A stretch of DNA of 63,369 bases, filler included, from Nemertoderma westbladi (taxonomy: Eukaryota > Animalia > Xenacoelomorpha): assembly GCA_032718475.1 (NCBI GenBank). It is 3 parts of 3 records of this genome, joined end to end, with 100 filler letters (N's around TTAATTAATTAA, not from the genome) between each part and the next. Parts side by side here need not be neighbours in the genome. Positions count along the whole stretch, not along the records: positions 28,331 to 52,228 come from JAUCBJ010003001.1; 2 more parts are not named here. One strand, 5' to 3'. The translations under genes and the position numbers were made by a program. The notes under the pieces are model-generated. The model was not told the DNA's origin and made no database searches. It saw nothing but the letters and a program-made list of their open reading frames with translations. Positions 36,824-49,383 of the stretch are shown here, piece by piece; the stretch's first letter is position 1, and each line of letters begins with the position of its first letter.

Positions 36824-38248
36824 CTAAACAAACAAAGGAACGTTACAGACAAACAAACATCGGCCCTTCGTGTGGCACCTAAACAAACAACGGAACGTTA
36901 CAGCCCAACAACCATCGGCCCTTCGTGTGGCACCTAAACAAACAAAGCAACGTTACAGACAAACAAACAACGGAACGTTACAGACCAACAAACATCGACC
37001 CTACGTGTGGCACCTAAACAAACAACGGAACGTTACAGCCCAACAAACATCGACCCTTCGTATGGCACGTAAACAGGCAACGGAACGTTACAGCCCAACA
37101 AACATCGGCCCTTCGTGTAGCACCTAAAGAGGCAACGGAACGTTACAGACCAACAAACATCGGCCCTTCGTGTGGCACCTAAACAAACAACGAAATGTTA
37201 CAGACCAACAAACATCGGCCCTTCGTGTGGCACCTAAACAAACAACGAAATGTTACAGACCAACAAACATCGGCCCTTCGTGTGGCACCTAAACAAACAA
37301 CGGAACGTAACAGACCAACAAATATCGGCCCTTCGTGTGGCACCTAAACAAACAACGGAACGTTACAGACCAACAAACATCGGCCCTTCGTGTAGCACCT
37401 AAACAGGCAACGGAACGTTACAGCCCAACAAACATCGGCCGTTCGTGTGGCACCTAAACAAACAAAGGAACGTTACAGACCAACAAACATCGGCCCTTCG
37501 TGTGGCACCTAAACAAACAACGGAACGTTACAGCCCAACAAACATCGGCCCTTCGTATGGCACCTAAACAGGCAACGGAACGTTACAGCCCAACAAACAT
37601 CGGCCCTTCTTGTGGCACCTAAACAAACAAAGGAACGTTACAGACCAACAAACATCGGCCCTTCGTGTGGCACCTAAACAAACAACGGAACGTTACAGCC
37701 CAACAAACATCGGCCGTTCGTGTGGCACCTAAACAAACAAAGGAACGTTACAGACCAACAAACATCGGCCCTTCGTGTGGCACCTAAACAAACAACGGAA
37801 CGTTACAGACCAACAAACATCGGCCCTTCGTGTGGCACCTAAACAAACAACGGAACGTTACAGCCCAACAAACATCGGCCCTTCGTATGGCACCTAAACA
37901 GGCAACGGAACGTTACAGCCCAACAAACATCGGCCCTTCTTGTGGCACCTAAACAATCTAAGGAACGTTACAGCCCAACAAACATCGGCCCTTCGTATGG
38001 CACCTAAACAAACAACGGAACGTTACAGCCCAACAAACATCGGCCCTTCGTGTGGCACCTAAACAAACAACGGAACGTTACAGCCCAACAAACATCGGCC
38101 CTTCGTCTGGCACCTAAACAAACAACGAAACGTTACAGACCAACAAACATCGGCCCTTCGTGTGGCACCTAAACAAACAACGGAACGTTACAGACCAACA
38201 AACATCGGCCCTTCGTGTGGCCCCTAAACAAACAACAATACGTTACAG
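36802..38248 (-). repeat. 55-bp minisatellite (about 26 copies) spanning the exon 3 acceptor
   Basis: Unit = 33 nt of intron ending TTGTTTGTTTAG + first 22 nt of exon 3 (GTGCCACACGAAGGGCCGATGT). Confidence 0.96.
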
Positions 38249-38263
38249 GCGTTACCTCCTTTA

Positions 38264-38771
<508 letters not shown>

Positions 38772-38899
38772 GTTATATAATATAATTTAATTAAATGTAG
38801 CAATCAAGCAAAGCTAGCTAGCAAACAGTCGGCCGAAGCCGGAGGCGACCCGAAGGCTCCTCTTTCGATAGCTGCTACCCGAGGGTAGGGGTGGGCGCT

Positions 38900-39050
38900 A
38901 CTCATATCCCAAGATTTGCTCCCGGTTATTTAACTGGTACTCATTTTATCGACCCTAGTGGATGAAGGGCTGAGTGGACCCTGGCGGGGCTGAACCTACA
39001 ACCACTAGATTGCAGGCTCGGCGCTCAACCAACTGAGCAGCTACCCGCTG
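38900..39050 (-). mobile_element. tRNA-derived SINE in PP2A intron 1
   Basis: GCTCAGTTGG...GGTTCAGCCC head followed by ACTCAGCCCTTCATCC...GGGTCGATAAAATGAGTACCAG, a body motif I recognise from metazoan SINEs. Confidence 0.7.
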
Positions 39051-39389
39051 TCTTGTATGCCGAAATGTAGTAAAATATATTTCTTTCATAAAATTTCATT
39101 CTCAAGTTCCTTAGATAGAAAAGTAAGATTAATTTTTTGTTGAACGAAAGCGAGTTATATGAAACGAATTTTAATTTATTTATATTTAAAGACTAGAATA
39201 TATAATAATTTATAATACCCCAATACCGGTATACATACCGGTACCGACTACCGGGTATTCAATATAAAGGTTAGAGCCTAGATGTAGTACAACGTTACTT
39301 GTTGCAATTATATTATCAAGTTTCTAAGAATATTAAAATAATTATAAACGAATTGTTGTGGGGTGGGTGACGGCGAATTAAATATATGT

Positions 39390-39757
39390 TATAGTACATT
39401 ATGATAATGATCTCCATAGCGAAAAATATCAACCACCCCTATTGGGGCTCGAACCCGGTACCTAAGTCAAACTTCCGGTTATCATCATCTGTAAGGGTGT
39501 GTGTCCTAAGATCACTGAGCTACCAGGGCTGTAGAAGATTTATTCGCTATGGAGTGGGCTATCATCATATTTCGGCCTTTTACAGTAACTCAAAGTAAAT
39601 TACAACGTTGTAATTTAATAAATGTATAGCGAATAATTGTAGCTAAGTTGTCTTAGTATACACATCCGGCTGATGATAACCGGAGGTACCGGGTGTGAGC
39701 CCCAATAGGGGCGGTTAATATTTTACGCTATGGAGAGCATTATCATAATGTACTATA
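39390..39757. repeat. Inverted pair of tRNA-like/SINE-like units
   Basis: 39390-39463 is the approximate reverse complement of 39684-39757; GTAGCTCAGTG and GGGTTCGAGCCCC boxes on the minus copy; central palindrome AAATTACAACGTTGTAATTT. Confidence 0.65.
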
Positions 39758-40077
39758 TCATAATATACCGGTAAATTAAAATATTTTTGTATTCATATTC
39801 CATACCGAACCCCATACCGTACCTGCATTATATTACTACTGTACTACGGTGTAATATGGAACATTACAGGTACTTAGTGTTAGGTTTTATGGTACTTTTA
39901 AGTTATTATTGCGGCCTAGTCAACAAACCCAAAATTCAAAGAAAAGACTAGTGGTATGAAATTACCCAGCAAAACAAAATAATTGGCCCGACTGTAAGAA
40001 GCCTTTTTCAAGGTACCGGTACTGTAACTAAGACAACTTATTTTCGGTATTAATGAAATATAAAGTAATTAACTCAC

Positions 40078-40437
40078 CTTTAATGTAATTAAAAGTGACA
40101 CCGATTCTACTGAATAGTAACCTCTATCAACATAATCACCCATAAACAGATAATTAGTATCAGGTGATCGGCCTCCTATCTTAAACAGCTCCATAAGATC
40201 GTGGAACTGCCCATGGACATCTCCACAAACTGTTACAGGACATTTAACTTCCTGTACATTTGATTCCTTTGCGAGAATCTCCTTAGCTTTATCACAAAGA
40301 GTCTTAACTTGCGCTTCGCCTAACTGTTTACATTCAATCAACTGTTCTATCCAGCCTTCCAACTCCTTCATTCCGCTGACATCAATCGGCTGTTTTGAAG
40401 GTGTCGCATCTCCAACCGAGGTTGTTGTAGTAGCCAT
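40078..40437 (-). CDS. PPP2CA: PP2A catalytic subunit, exon 1
   Basis: [10 protein letters not shown] and GDYVDRG motifs; AAG|GTGAGT donor; the four exons sum to 978 nt (325 aa plus stop). Confidence 0.97.
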
Positions 40438-42460
40438 CTTATATAGGCCTAATAGTTACGATATTATTCGTTAATCAGTTGCCGGGTTCGCCTAGTTCAG
40501 TAGTTCTGAATATAATTGTGAAGTAGGACTGTAGTACTGGTATGCTAATGCTTCTGTTACTGGGGAACAAGTGATAACGTACCCCGGTTAAAACGTACCC
40601 GAACAATAACGTAGGAAAACCCAGATATTGGGTACGTTTTCAACTTTTCTCTATGAGGCCTATTACTATATGGCCTATTCTTAAATTAATTTTTACTTTT
40701 TCGCTGGAATATACGCCAAAATCTGGATATAAAGAAGTACCGGTACTTTTTACCTAGGGAAAAATGTTACCCATAGGATTGCATTGATTTACCGGTAGGC
40801 CTAACTTTTTTACCTGCGAAATTGCGAAAAGTAAAATAAAATATTTTTAGAAGAACTTCTTAAATTTGATTAGGCCTACATGTGTTGAATTGAAAGTATA
40901 ATTAAAATACATCACAATAAAGTACATCACAATCACAACAAACATTCATTATAATTCACATTCATGAAAGTTAATGTACAAATGTGAAATAGTACCGTAC
41001 CGTAACCGTACGTACCGCGTACCGGTATGTGAAATGTAGGCTATACTGCTATAGGCCTAACAGTGATGGAGCGATCCGTAGTTACCAAAAAAATTTAATA
41101 AGTTGTAGGCTACTGCTGTATGCTGTACTGTTACTAGTGTTACCGGTAAGTGTTACTGTATGCTGGTATGCTGTCATGCAGTCAGGGAGATCATCAATTT
41201 TGGGGTTACCCCAAATTTCGAATTCTGGTAATAGACCGTCGAAAATTGCGGTTTTTTGTTCAAATTTGAGGTATTTTTAGGCTCATAATATCGAGTGTTG
41301 CTGCGACTTAGGGAAACTGTTGGAGCAATTTCTACTTTTAATATGTTAAAATATAATGTAAAATAAGAACTTTTATCGATGCAATAAAATATTTCACCGA
41401 TGCAAACATGCTTTTATTGGGGGCGAAAATTGAAATTTGAGGTTAAACCTCAAATTTGAGACAAAACCTCAAATTTCGCCAGTCTTTACAATATCACCTG
41501 CCAGCCAGCAGTAGGGTGTAGCAGTAGGCTTTGCTGCTTAGTGCTTATAGAGCTTGGCTGCTTGGTGAGAATGGGTGACCAGTGTAACTTGTGACATGAC
41601 ATGTATGCAGGGTAGGCTTAACCTTACAGCACAGCAACTTACAGTCAATAACTTTAATGATTGTTAACTCCGTTAGTGATTGGAGAGAAAAATGCAGAAG
41701 ACTAGAGAAATTCGCTATCCTTGCAGCCTTACTGCTGTACTGTTGGTAAGAAGAACAGTAGACCAAATCCTCACTGTTGCGAAATTCAAGCTCACAGCTG
41801 CACAGTCACAGACTCAGGAAGGCTTACTATATATTGTAGATGTTGAATCAATTCCAGAATTTGGAAGTTTACATAATTATTCTGGCATTCATCTGTTCTG
41901 TTCATCATTCATATCACACATCTTCGGAAAAAAATATGTTTTCTGGTTGTTGATGTCCTCTTTAAAACTTTGCAGATCAAATGAAGCCATTCCTCTCCTG
42001 ACAGCCTGAAGACTTGTGTAATATTCGCCTACCCTAGCTCTATCTGTCAATTGGAATACTGTACCATCATTCTTCCACAGTTTTGAGCCCATTTCTAGAC
42101 AAATGTTTCTGCAAAGGTTGACGTGTTTTATACAATATATGTGGACTTGATTCTTTTGTTAGTTATTCTATACGACTGGAGACTCTAAAGTTGGAACCAC
42201 TACCTACTGCAGTATACAATAATACTTCAATTAAAGTTCAATTTGATAATGTGCTTTAAACTTATATGTAAAGATCTAAACCTGATCCTCCATTACAACA
42301 ATGTGCAACGCAACATCCTTGCAGACTATTTTAATATCCCAGCCAGACATCCAATGCAATCATGACAGCATGACCTGGCCATATATATAAAATTATGAAG
42401 CAAAGGTCATGCCCCGCCCATCTGCCCATCCTGTCATGTCTGCATGTTCCATACATCACC

Positions 42461-43104
42461 TGTGACGGGATCCACCGGAGTTGGCAGTAATGAATCCCGA
42501 CCGGTGTGTGATACGCGTCGCCGTGTCCGTAGGCTGCTAAACTGTAGTCTGGATATGTATGATAGGCCGAAAGGCCGTTGAAATAACTGAGTTTTACTGT
42601 CAGTTTGTATAATCACAGAACGTAATAATAGCACAGTCTGAATATAATAACACGGTAGTGACGACGGTTAAAACTGTTCCGGTCTCACAACTGTATAGGA
42701 ACCAACTGAATCAGTAATCAATAAGTAAAACGGTTATATTATTAATAACACATACTAAATAAGCTCTACACTACTGACACTGGGTGTCCTGAATGTCCAA
42801 TAGATGCGCTCTAATCACCCCCAATGTGCTCTCCTACCCACTATTGGCTTAACATGATTAATTGTCACCTCGCCACTCCCTGTTGCCACTATCCCACGTG
42901 CTAGCCTTACTAGCTAGCCTGTTTATCCCTCTGAGGTGGTTTGACCTCTCAACTCTCCCTGTGGCTTACGGCGTGTATCGCCTTAGTTGGTTGTGAGGTG
43001 ACATTATTATTGCTAATGTCACCTCGCCAACTATAATTGGTAAAATGCCACTAATCCCATTTTCGGTGGGTAGTACACAGTACAGTGAATTGAATCCGCT
43101 TACA
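42461..43104 (-). mobile_element. Solo LTR (644 bp)
   Basis: TG...CA termini and 5-bp TSD TCACC (42456-42460, 43105-43109); related partial copy at 3058. Confidence 0.8.
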
Positions 43105-43227
43105 TCACCTCTTCTTTATCAGGGTCATTAACATATGGAACATGCTGGACCTGGAACACAGTAGAAACATCATCATCATCATCATTTGATCAACACAAAT
43201 CGTTTTGAAATTCCACCAAAAATATTT

Positions 43228-43499
43228 TGGCACTTGTGTCAAATCAAATAGGTGACCCTCCTAATCTGCTAATCCTGAAATCACCAGCTAATCCTGAAAT
43301 TTAGTGCAGGTGATATCAATATTTCTAACTCTTGTTTATTGTTTTTTGGTTACTTTCAACTCACCTCTGTAACCTGCTCCTTTGACCTTTGCTAACCCTG
43401 TAACCGTAACCGGGCACTAGTGAAAGTGACTATAGTTTAGGTGATTTCAGGATTAGCAGATTAGGAGCTAGGAGGGTCCCCTATTTGACACAATTGCCA
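43228..43499. mobile_element. Small MITE
   Basis: TGTGTCAAAT..ATAGG.GACCCTCCTAATCTGCTAATCCTGAAATCACC is inverted relative to about 43440-43499. Confidence 0.65.
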
Positions 43500-44667
43500 A
43501 TGTTTTATTTTACTTTTTTTACCGGGAGAAAAAGTAAAATCAATGCAAAATTATGGCTCTATGGTACATTATTATGTGGCAATATTATTCAATATTATTG
43601 CAGGTTGCAGTGTTGCCGACTTTGCAAAAGCTGTGCCCAACAAAAAGTTACAATATTCAGATATTATGGCAGTACCAGTATGGGGACAACTTTTTCCCTA
43701 CCAGTAGGGAAAAAAAGTAGGCCTACTACTTTTTCTCCCGATTTTAGGGCATATTCAAACAAAAAAAGTACTGGTAACAATATAAAAATATAAGTTCTTT
43801 AAGCTCTGTACTTCGTTTTATATGTCTACCATCTGATCATACCACCCCACTGCACCCCTACCAGTAGCCTTTTTAAGTATAAGCCTTTTTAAACGAATAC
43901 TGAATATGTTTTAAATATTACAGTATTATATTTCACAACACTCAGACACTAGGCCTACATCAGTTTATTTTTTTACCTCTGCAATACAGTAACAAGCTAA
44001 CAACTACTGAACTAGGCCAACTATGACTTCTGTCTGTATCTGACTATGCTGCTATGAAATTCAAATTTGGGGTAAACTCGAATTTAGAGAATTAACCTAA
44101 CCTTGTATTAAATGTTAAATTTGAGGTAATTCCAAAATTGGGTCTATAATTTGAAATTTGAGGTATTCTCAAATTTGATGATCTCCCTGACTGTCATGTA
44201 CTGCTGTATTACAGTATTACAGTTGACAGTACTGCAGTAGTGTTGGGGTGGTTCTCCTTCCACCTTCATTCACGTGTTTTAGGCCTAGGCCTATAGTGTA
44301 TCATCATAATAAATAGCAAAAAGTTTCACTTTATTCCCATTCGTGTGATGTCAAAATAAGTCTAGAGGTGACAAGACAGCAAGAGACAAGCCTGCAAGCC
44401 AAAAACTGAAAATGATGATGCTTTGCTGGTAGTGGTACTGTCGTAGGGTAGGCCTAGCTGCCAGCTGCGTACCTAGCGTAGGTCTGTAGGTGATTAAAAA
44501 AGACAGGCCCAGGTACTGCTGCTGCTACCTGTAACTTTTTTATTTATTTATTATTATATTTCGCAACAACCAGACAACCGTTACAAATTAATCAGTTAAT
44601 GTTCTAGTTCAGTACCGTAGTTGAACAATAAACTCAACAAAATAATATGATATATATATATATATAT

Positions 44668-45423
44668 TAGGGCTCGATCGGAGCTCCGGCCTCCGGCTCC
44701 GGCTCCGGCCATTTTGGCACCTCCGGCTCCTGCTCCGGCTCCGGTAAAAATATTGCCGGAGTTAATGTTTTAATAAAGTATTATATTTCGTGCATATTCT
44801 AATCTGAACAATTATTTACACTATAAGTACTGCCTGACTGCAGTACAGCTTCAATATCAAGCATAATACTGCAGTATTTACTTAAAAGTCAATGACTGAC
44901 TGACTGTACTGCAGTAGGCCAACTGGTACTGGCCAGCTGGCTGACTAGCAGACTATTACAGGTAGGCCCTACTGTAAAAAATTGTAAATGCTATGATTGT
45001 ACACTGTACCACTGCAGCCATTTACTGCTGCCATGCCAGCATACTGTACTGCAGTTCTTGTACACTTACGGCTGTACGGCTGTACAGTCAGACAGTTAGG
45101 TAGTGAGTTATGTACGGTACTGTAGGTAATTTTTAGCCGTCAGCGTCAGGCCGTCTGTCCGTGATAAATTAATTACTTAAATTTTAAATTGAAAATTCGT
45201 AAATCTATAAATTATGAAATTAATTCTGTAATTAGACCTACAGTATGATTGATTATGAGCGATTGGCGAACGATAACCATTAACCATACTTTATTTTTTT
45301 TTATAAATAGGGGGCCTAATTAAATTTTTGAAAAACTCCGGCTCCTGCTCCGGCTCCGGCCAAATTGTCCAACTCCGGCTCCTGCTCCGGCTCCGGCCAA
45401 ATCCCAACTCCGATCGAGCCCTA
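44668..45423 (+). mobile_element. hAT-type MITE, copy 1
   Basis: TAGGGCTCGATCGGAG TIRs, (CTCCGG)n subterminal repeats, inserted in an (AT)n tract (TSD ATATATAT). Confidence 0.88.
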
Positions 45424-45464
45424 ATATATATATCAGTATAGGCCTATTATATCTGTAACAACAA

Positions 45465-47118
45465 TAATATGCTATAAAGCAAAATAAAAACCAATATCTT
45501 ACAAAAAGAAAATATTTCTTTTACAAATTTTCGACTCGACATGAGTCTTATTCATGTCCAGACTGGAATCCATACACTTTGCGCCGGATTAATCCGGCGC
45601 ACTTTGCAATAAAAGCGCGCTCGAAAATCGTAAAGCGCACCGACTTTGGCGCGTGGCGCGCTCGAAAATCGTAAAGCGCGCCTGCTTTGGCCCGTGGCGC
45701 TCCCAAAAATAAAAACCGGCGCCGATTTGTTAGTTTACAGGTTTAACAATTAGGCAGTTAGGCTATGGAAGTGCCTTAAAAATTGCATTAGCTGTTTAAA
45801 AATTTCGGCTCGCTTCGCTCGCCTTTCTTTTTCTGTTGTATGGTTCAGTGGTTACTAACTAGGGCTCGATCGGAGCTCCGGCCTCCGGCTCCGGCCATTT
45901 TGGCACCTCCGGCTCCTGCTCCGGCTCAGGTAAAAATATTGCCGGAGTTAATTTTTTAATAAAGTATTATATTTCGTGCATATTCTAATCTGAACAATTA
46001 TTTACACTTAAGTACTAAAGTAAGCACTGTAGTACAGCTTCAATATCAAGCATAATACCGGTACTGCAGTACTGCAGTATTACTTAAAGTCAATGACTGA
46101 CTGACTGTACTGCAGTACTGGTACTGGCCAGCTGGCTGACTAGCAGACTATTACAAACTGACAGATAGGCCCTACTGTAAAAAATTGTAAATGTTATGAA
46201 TGTACACTGTAGCTGTACCACTGCAGCAATTTACTGCTGTCATGCCATGCCAGCATACTGTACTGCAGTACTGGTACTGGTACACGTACGGTAGGCTACC
46301 TACAGTACACACCTCTACGCTCTACCACAGTTATAGTGAGTTAGGTACTGTAGGTAATTTTTAGCCGTCAGCGTCAGGCCGTCTGTCCGTGATAAATTAA
46401 TTACTTAAATTTTAAATTGAAAATTCGTAAATCTATAAATTATGAAATTAATTAGACCTACAGTATGATTGATTATGAGCGATTGGCGAACGATAACCAT
46501 ACTTCTGTACTTTATTTTTTTTAAATAAATAATTAAATTTTTAAAATTTTTGAAAAACTCCGGCTCCTGCTCCGGCTCCGGCCAAATTGTCCAACTCCGG
46601 CTCCTGCTCCGGCCAAATCCCAACTCCGATCGAGCCCTATTACTAACCACTGAACCATACAACAGAAAAAGAAAGTATACAACAGTTGCCTAACCACTGG
46701 TTAGGCAACTGTTGTATAGGGCAGCAGGGACTGGTACAGCAGTACTGACTGACTGACATTGACAGATTGGCAGATTGGTTACACTCTCTCAAAATTGAAT
46801 TTGCATTGGCATGGTACTCTTCAAAATTGTTTCAATGTGTCACGTGTGTGGCGCGCTTAAAAATTTAGTTGGCGCGGGGTTTTTTCGAAATTGCATCGGC
46901 ATGCTTAAAAATTTAGTTGGCGCAGGGTTTTCTTCGAAATGGCATCGGCGCGCGGTGCGCATAAAGCGCTATTCGGCGCACTTTTTGGATGGATTCCATA
47001 CAGGATTCATTCTGATTGTTATTATAAATGAATAAGACTCATGTCGAGTCGAAAATTTGTAAAAGAAATATTTACTTTTTGTAAGATATTGGTTTTTATT
47101 TTGCTTTATAGCATATTA
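45465..47118. mobile_element. Fold-back element with 91-bp terminal inverted repeats
   Basis: 45465-45555 is the reverse complement of 47028-47118 with about 1 mismatch; inner TGGAATCCAT/ATGGATTCCA pair and a central palindrome. Confidence 0.8.
45860..46639 (+). mobile_element. hAT-type MITE, copy 2
   Basis: Same TIRs as copy 1; perfect 8-bp TSD TTACTAAC (45852-45859, 46640-46647). Confidence 0.92.
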
Positions 47119-48096
47119 CGGCAATTCCATGCCAACAGGTCCACCATGGTCAGAAAAAAAAGTTTGCCATTGAGTACAGTTTTTGATGTAATTGTGTTTC
47201 ATATAAGTTCAAGTTACTAAATTTACTTCAAACCCACAATTTAAAACAAAATTGACACCATAAAGAGCCCTTTTAGAGGTTTAATTGACAAAAAACTATA
47301 ATTTTTTTTTAAAAAGACATTATTTATAAATGCCAGTTTTCTGATTTTATAAACAGAATTTCGTTATTTTTTTTACTAATAGACAGTATTTGAATCATAT
47401 ATTGTAAATAAAATCAACAAATTTTTAAGTGAGTTCAAATATCTGTGATATTCCTTGAGGGAATTTAGAAACTCAAAAAATGTCCCATTCCTGACAAAAA
47501 TGTACATTTTATCTATTTGGGCATTTACATATGTAACTTGCATAATAAATAATGACGATTTTCCAAGTTCCCACTTGGAAAAATATCGAATGACTATAAG
47601 ATGGCACTAAAAATGAATGCTTATGTATATGCAGGCTTTTAAAAATTGTCCCGTTACTGACATGTCCCATTACTGACATGTCCAGTCCCGTTACTGACAA
47701 CTATTATAACTTGGGTGCATTGCTGTTCTCTGAAATTAGGTTCAAGATTTTATTTTTAGACCATGACTAGACTACTGCATACTGACTGAGAGTAAGTAGT
47801 AGTCATGAAACTGAAAGAAGTTGCAGATTGCAGTTCTTCCTGGCTTTTGTTGACTGTGTACACTACTGTGCTGTTTATAATTCGCAGTGTGGGAGTACAT
47901 TGTGATTATAACATAAATGCTACTTACCATACCGTACTGGTCAGGTGTCTTTGGTAGGACTAATTTATGATTGCCTTTTTCTGAATAAACTAGGCCTATC
48001 CTCTCTACCACCACCGGTATCCTACTGTTACTACTATTACTCGCCTATACCCACACATAATTATATGAATTGAATATAACTGTTGTAGCTTTAAAA

Positions 48097-49383
48097 ATGG
48101 TACCTGCACCTAAGAAGACTGGTGCGGAGAGACAACGTGAATATATTAACAACATGAGTGCGGACAAGAAAACGGAGTATTTATTGAAAAAGAAGGCCAA
48201 TATGCAGGAACATCGAAATAAACAGAAGGACGATTTAAATAAACTTAGCGGACCAGAAAGGGAATCTTTGGTTGTTTGTAAACGCGAGTATGAACGCAAA
48301 CGTAAAGCTGAACAACGGGAAAGGGCTCGCAAAGATAAATCAAAGATACAAAAGTCTCCATCAGTTTATAAAACGCCATCTAGCCTTGGTAAGGCTCTTG
48401 CTCGAGTTCGAAAAAAATTGCCTTTTGGAAAAAGTAGGCAACAAGCAATTGTTAAGCATCTAGCTGCAGAGATTGGAATCCCAATAGAAAAGAAGAAAGA
48501 TATTGTTGTAGTTGCGCCCCATAACAAAATATCGGCCAATGTTGAAAAGAAAGTTATAGCTTTCTATTGTAGTGATGGGATTTCTCGTCAAGCACCATCA
48601 CTCAAAGATTGTAAGTCCGTGAGGGTTGGCGAAAAACGTGAAAAACAACAAATACGGCATCTTGAAATGACAATAAACGAGGCACATGCCCTCTTTAATA
48701 TAGAACCAGAAAACAAAGAAGATCAAATCGGAAAATCTAAGTTCGCCGAACTGCGGCCAGAGCATGTTTTATTGTCCAGTAAAATGCCGAGCAATGTATG
48801 CCGATGCATGTTGCATGAGAATGTCTTTCTCAACCTTCAATGCTTGCACAGGATAGTAGTAGAAATACCAGCATACAATTCAACATTTCCAGAGAGCTGT
48901 CTCTGTTTGAACCCAAAAGAAGAGTGCTGGGAAAACCACTGTGAAACCTGCATGAATGGTCTGGGGTTCACCAACAAATTTGGTGAATTCCTAAGTGAAG
49001 AAATGTCACTAAAAAATGTAATGTGGTGGCAATGGGAAAAAATTGATACTCGCACTGTTAAGGTTCAGAAGAAAGGCACACTAATGGATGTCTTTAATTC
49101 GTTGAAAGTTATTCTTCGTGACTTCATACCACATACATTTGTTAAAAGGAAACAAGCAGAAGCATTTAAAGCAGCCATTCATAATGCAAAGGATAACGCC
49201 GACTATGTTGTGCTCCAAGTAGACTTCGCAGAGAACTATTCAACATTTTATCAAGACGAACCTCAGTCTGCTTATTATTCAAAGGACCAGTTCACAATTT
49301 TTACATCTGTTTTATGGCACCTTGATGGTTTGGCTGCCACTGGAGAGCCAAAGGCTCGACAGAGTCTTATGAGGAATAAATAA
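48097..49383 (+). CDS. Sola2-like DDE transposase, 3'-truncated
   Basis: GKSKFAELRP, CxCxxHEN, WxQW, HxxxKxxQ and DFAENY...QDEPQSAYY...QFTIF; similarity appears to end near 49325, before the later catalytic residues. Superfamily assignment is from memory of these motifs. Confidence 0.72.
   Translation: MVPAPKKTGAERQREYINNMSADKKTEYLLKKKANMQEHRNKQKDDLNKLSGPERESLVVCKREYERKRKAEQRERARKDKSKIQKSPSVYKTPSSLGKALARVRKKLPFGKSRQQAIVKHLAAEIGIPIEKKKDIVVVAPHNKISANVEKKVIAFYCSDGISRQAPSLKDCKSVRVGEKREKQQIRHLEMTINEAHALFNIEPENKEDQIGKSKFAELRPEHVLLSSKMPSNVCRCMLHENVFLNLQCLHRIVVEIPAYNSTFPESCLCLNPKEECWENHCETCMNGLGFTNKFGEFLSEEMSLKNVMWWQWEKIDTRTVKVQKKGTLMDVFNSLKVILRDFIPHTFVKRKQAEAFKAAIHNAKDNADYVVLQVDFAENYSTFYQDEPQSAYYSKDQFTIFTSVLWHLDGLAATGEPKARQSLMRNK

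Larger units (their letters stand above)
41179..44193. mobile_element. TIR DNA transposon relic with nested insertions
   Basis: CAGTCAGGGAGATCATCAA..TTG / CAAATTTGATGATCTCCCTGACTG termini; flanking direct repeat TCATG (or CTGTCATG overlapping the right end). Confidence 0.8.

Noticed and set aside
36802-38248. CRISPR-like regular repeats (also 17861-18827, 50640-52228, 52745-53760)
   Set aside because: Head-to-tail units with no unique spacers, no cas genes, and a eukaryotic intron context.
39670-39690. Additional CTGATGA motifs (also about 12029 and 59614)
   Set aside because: No matching stem II/GAAA arrangement found.
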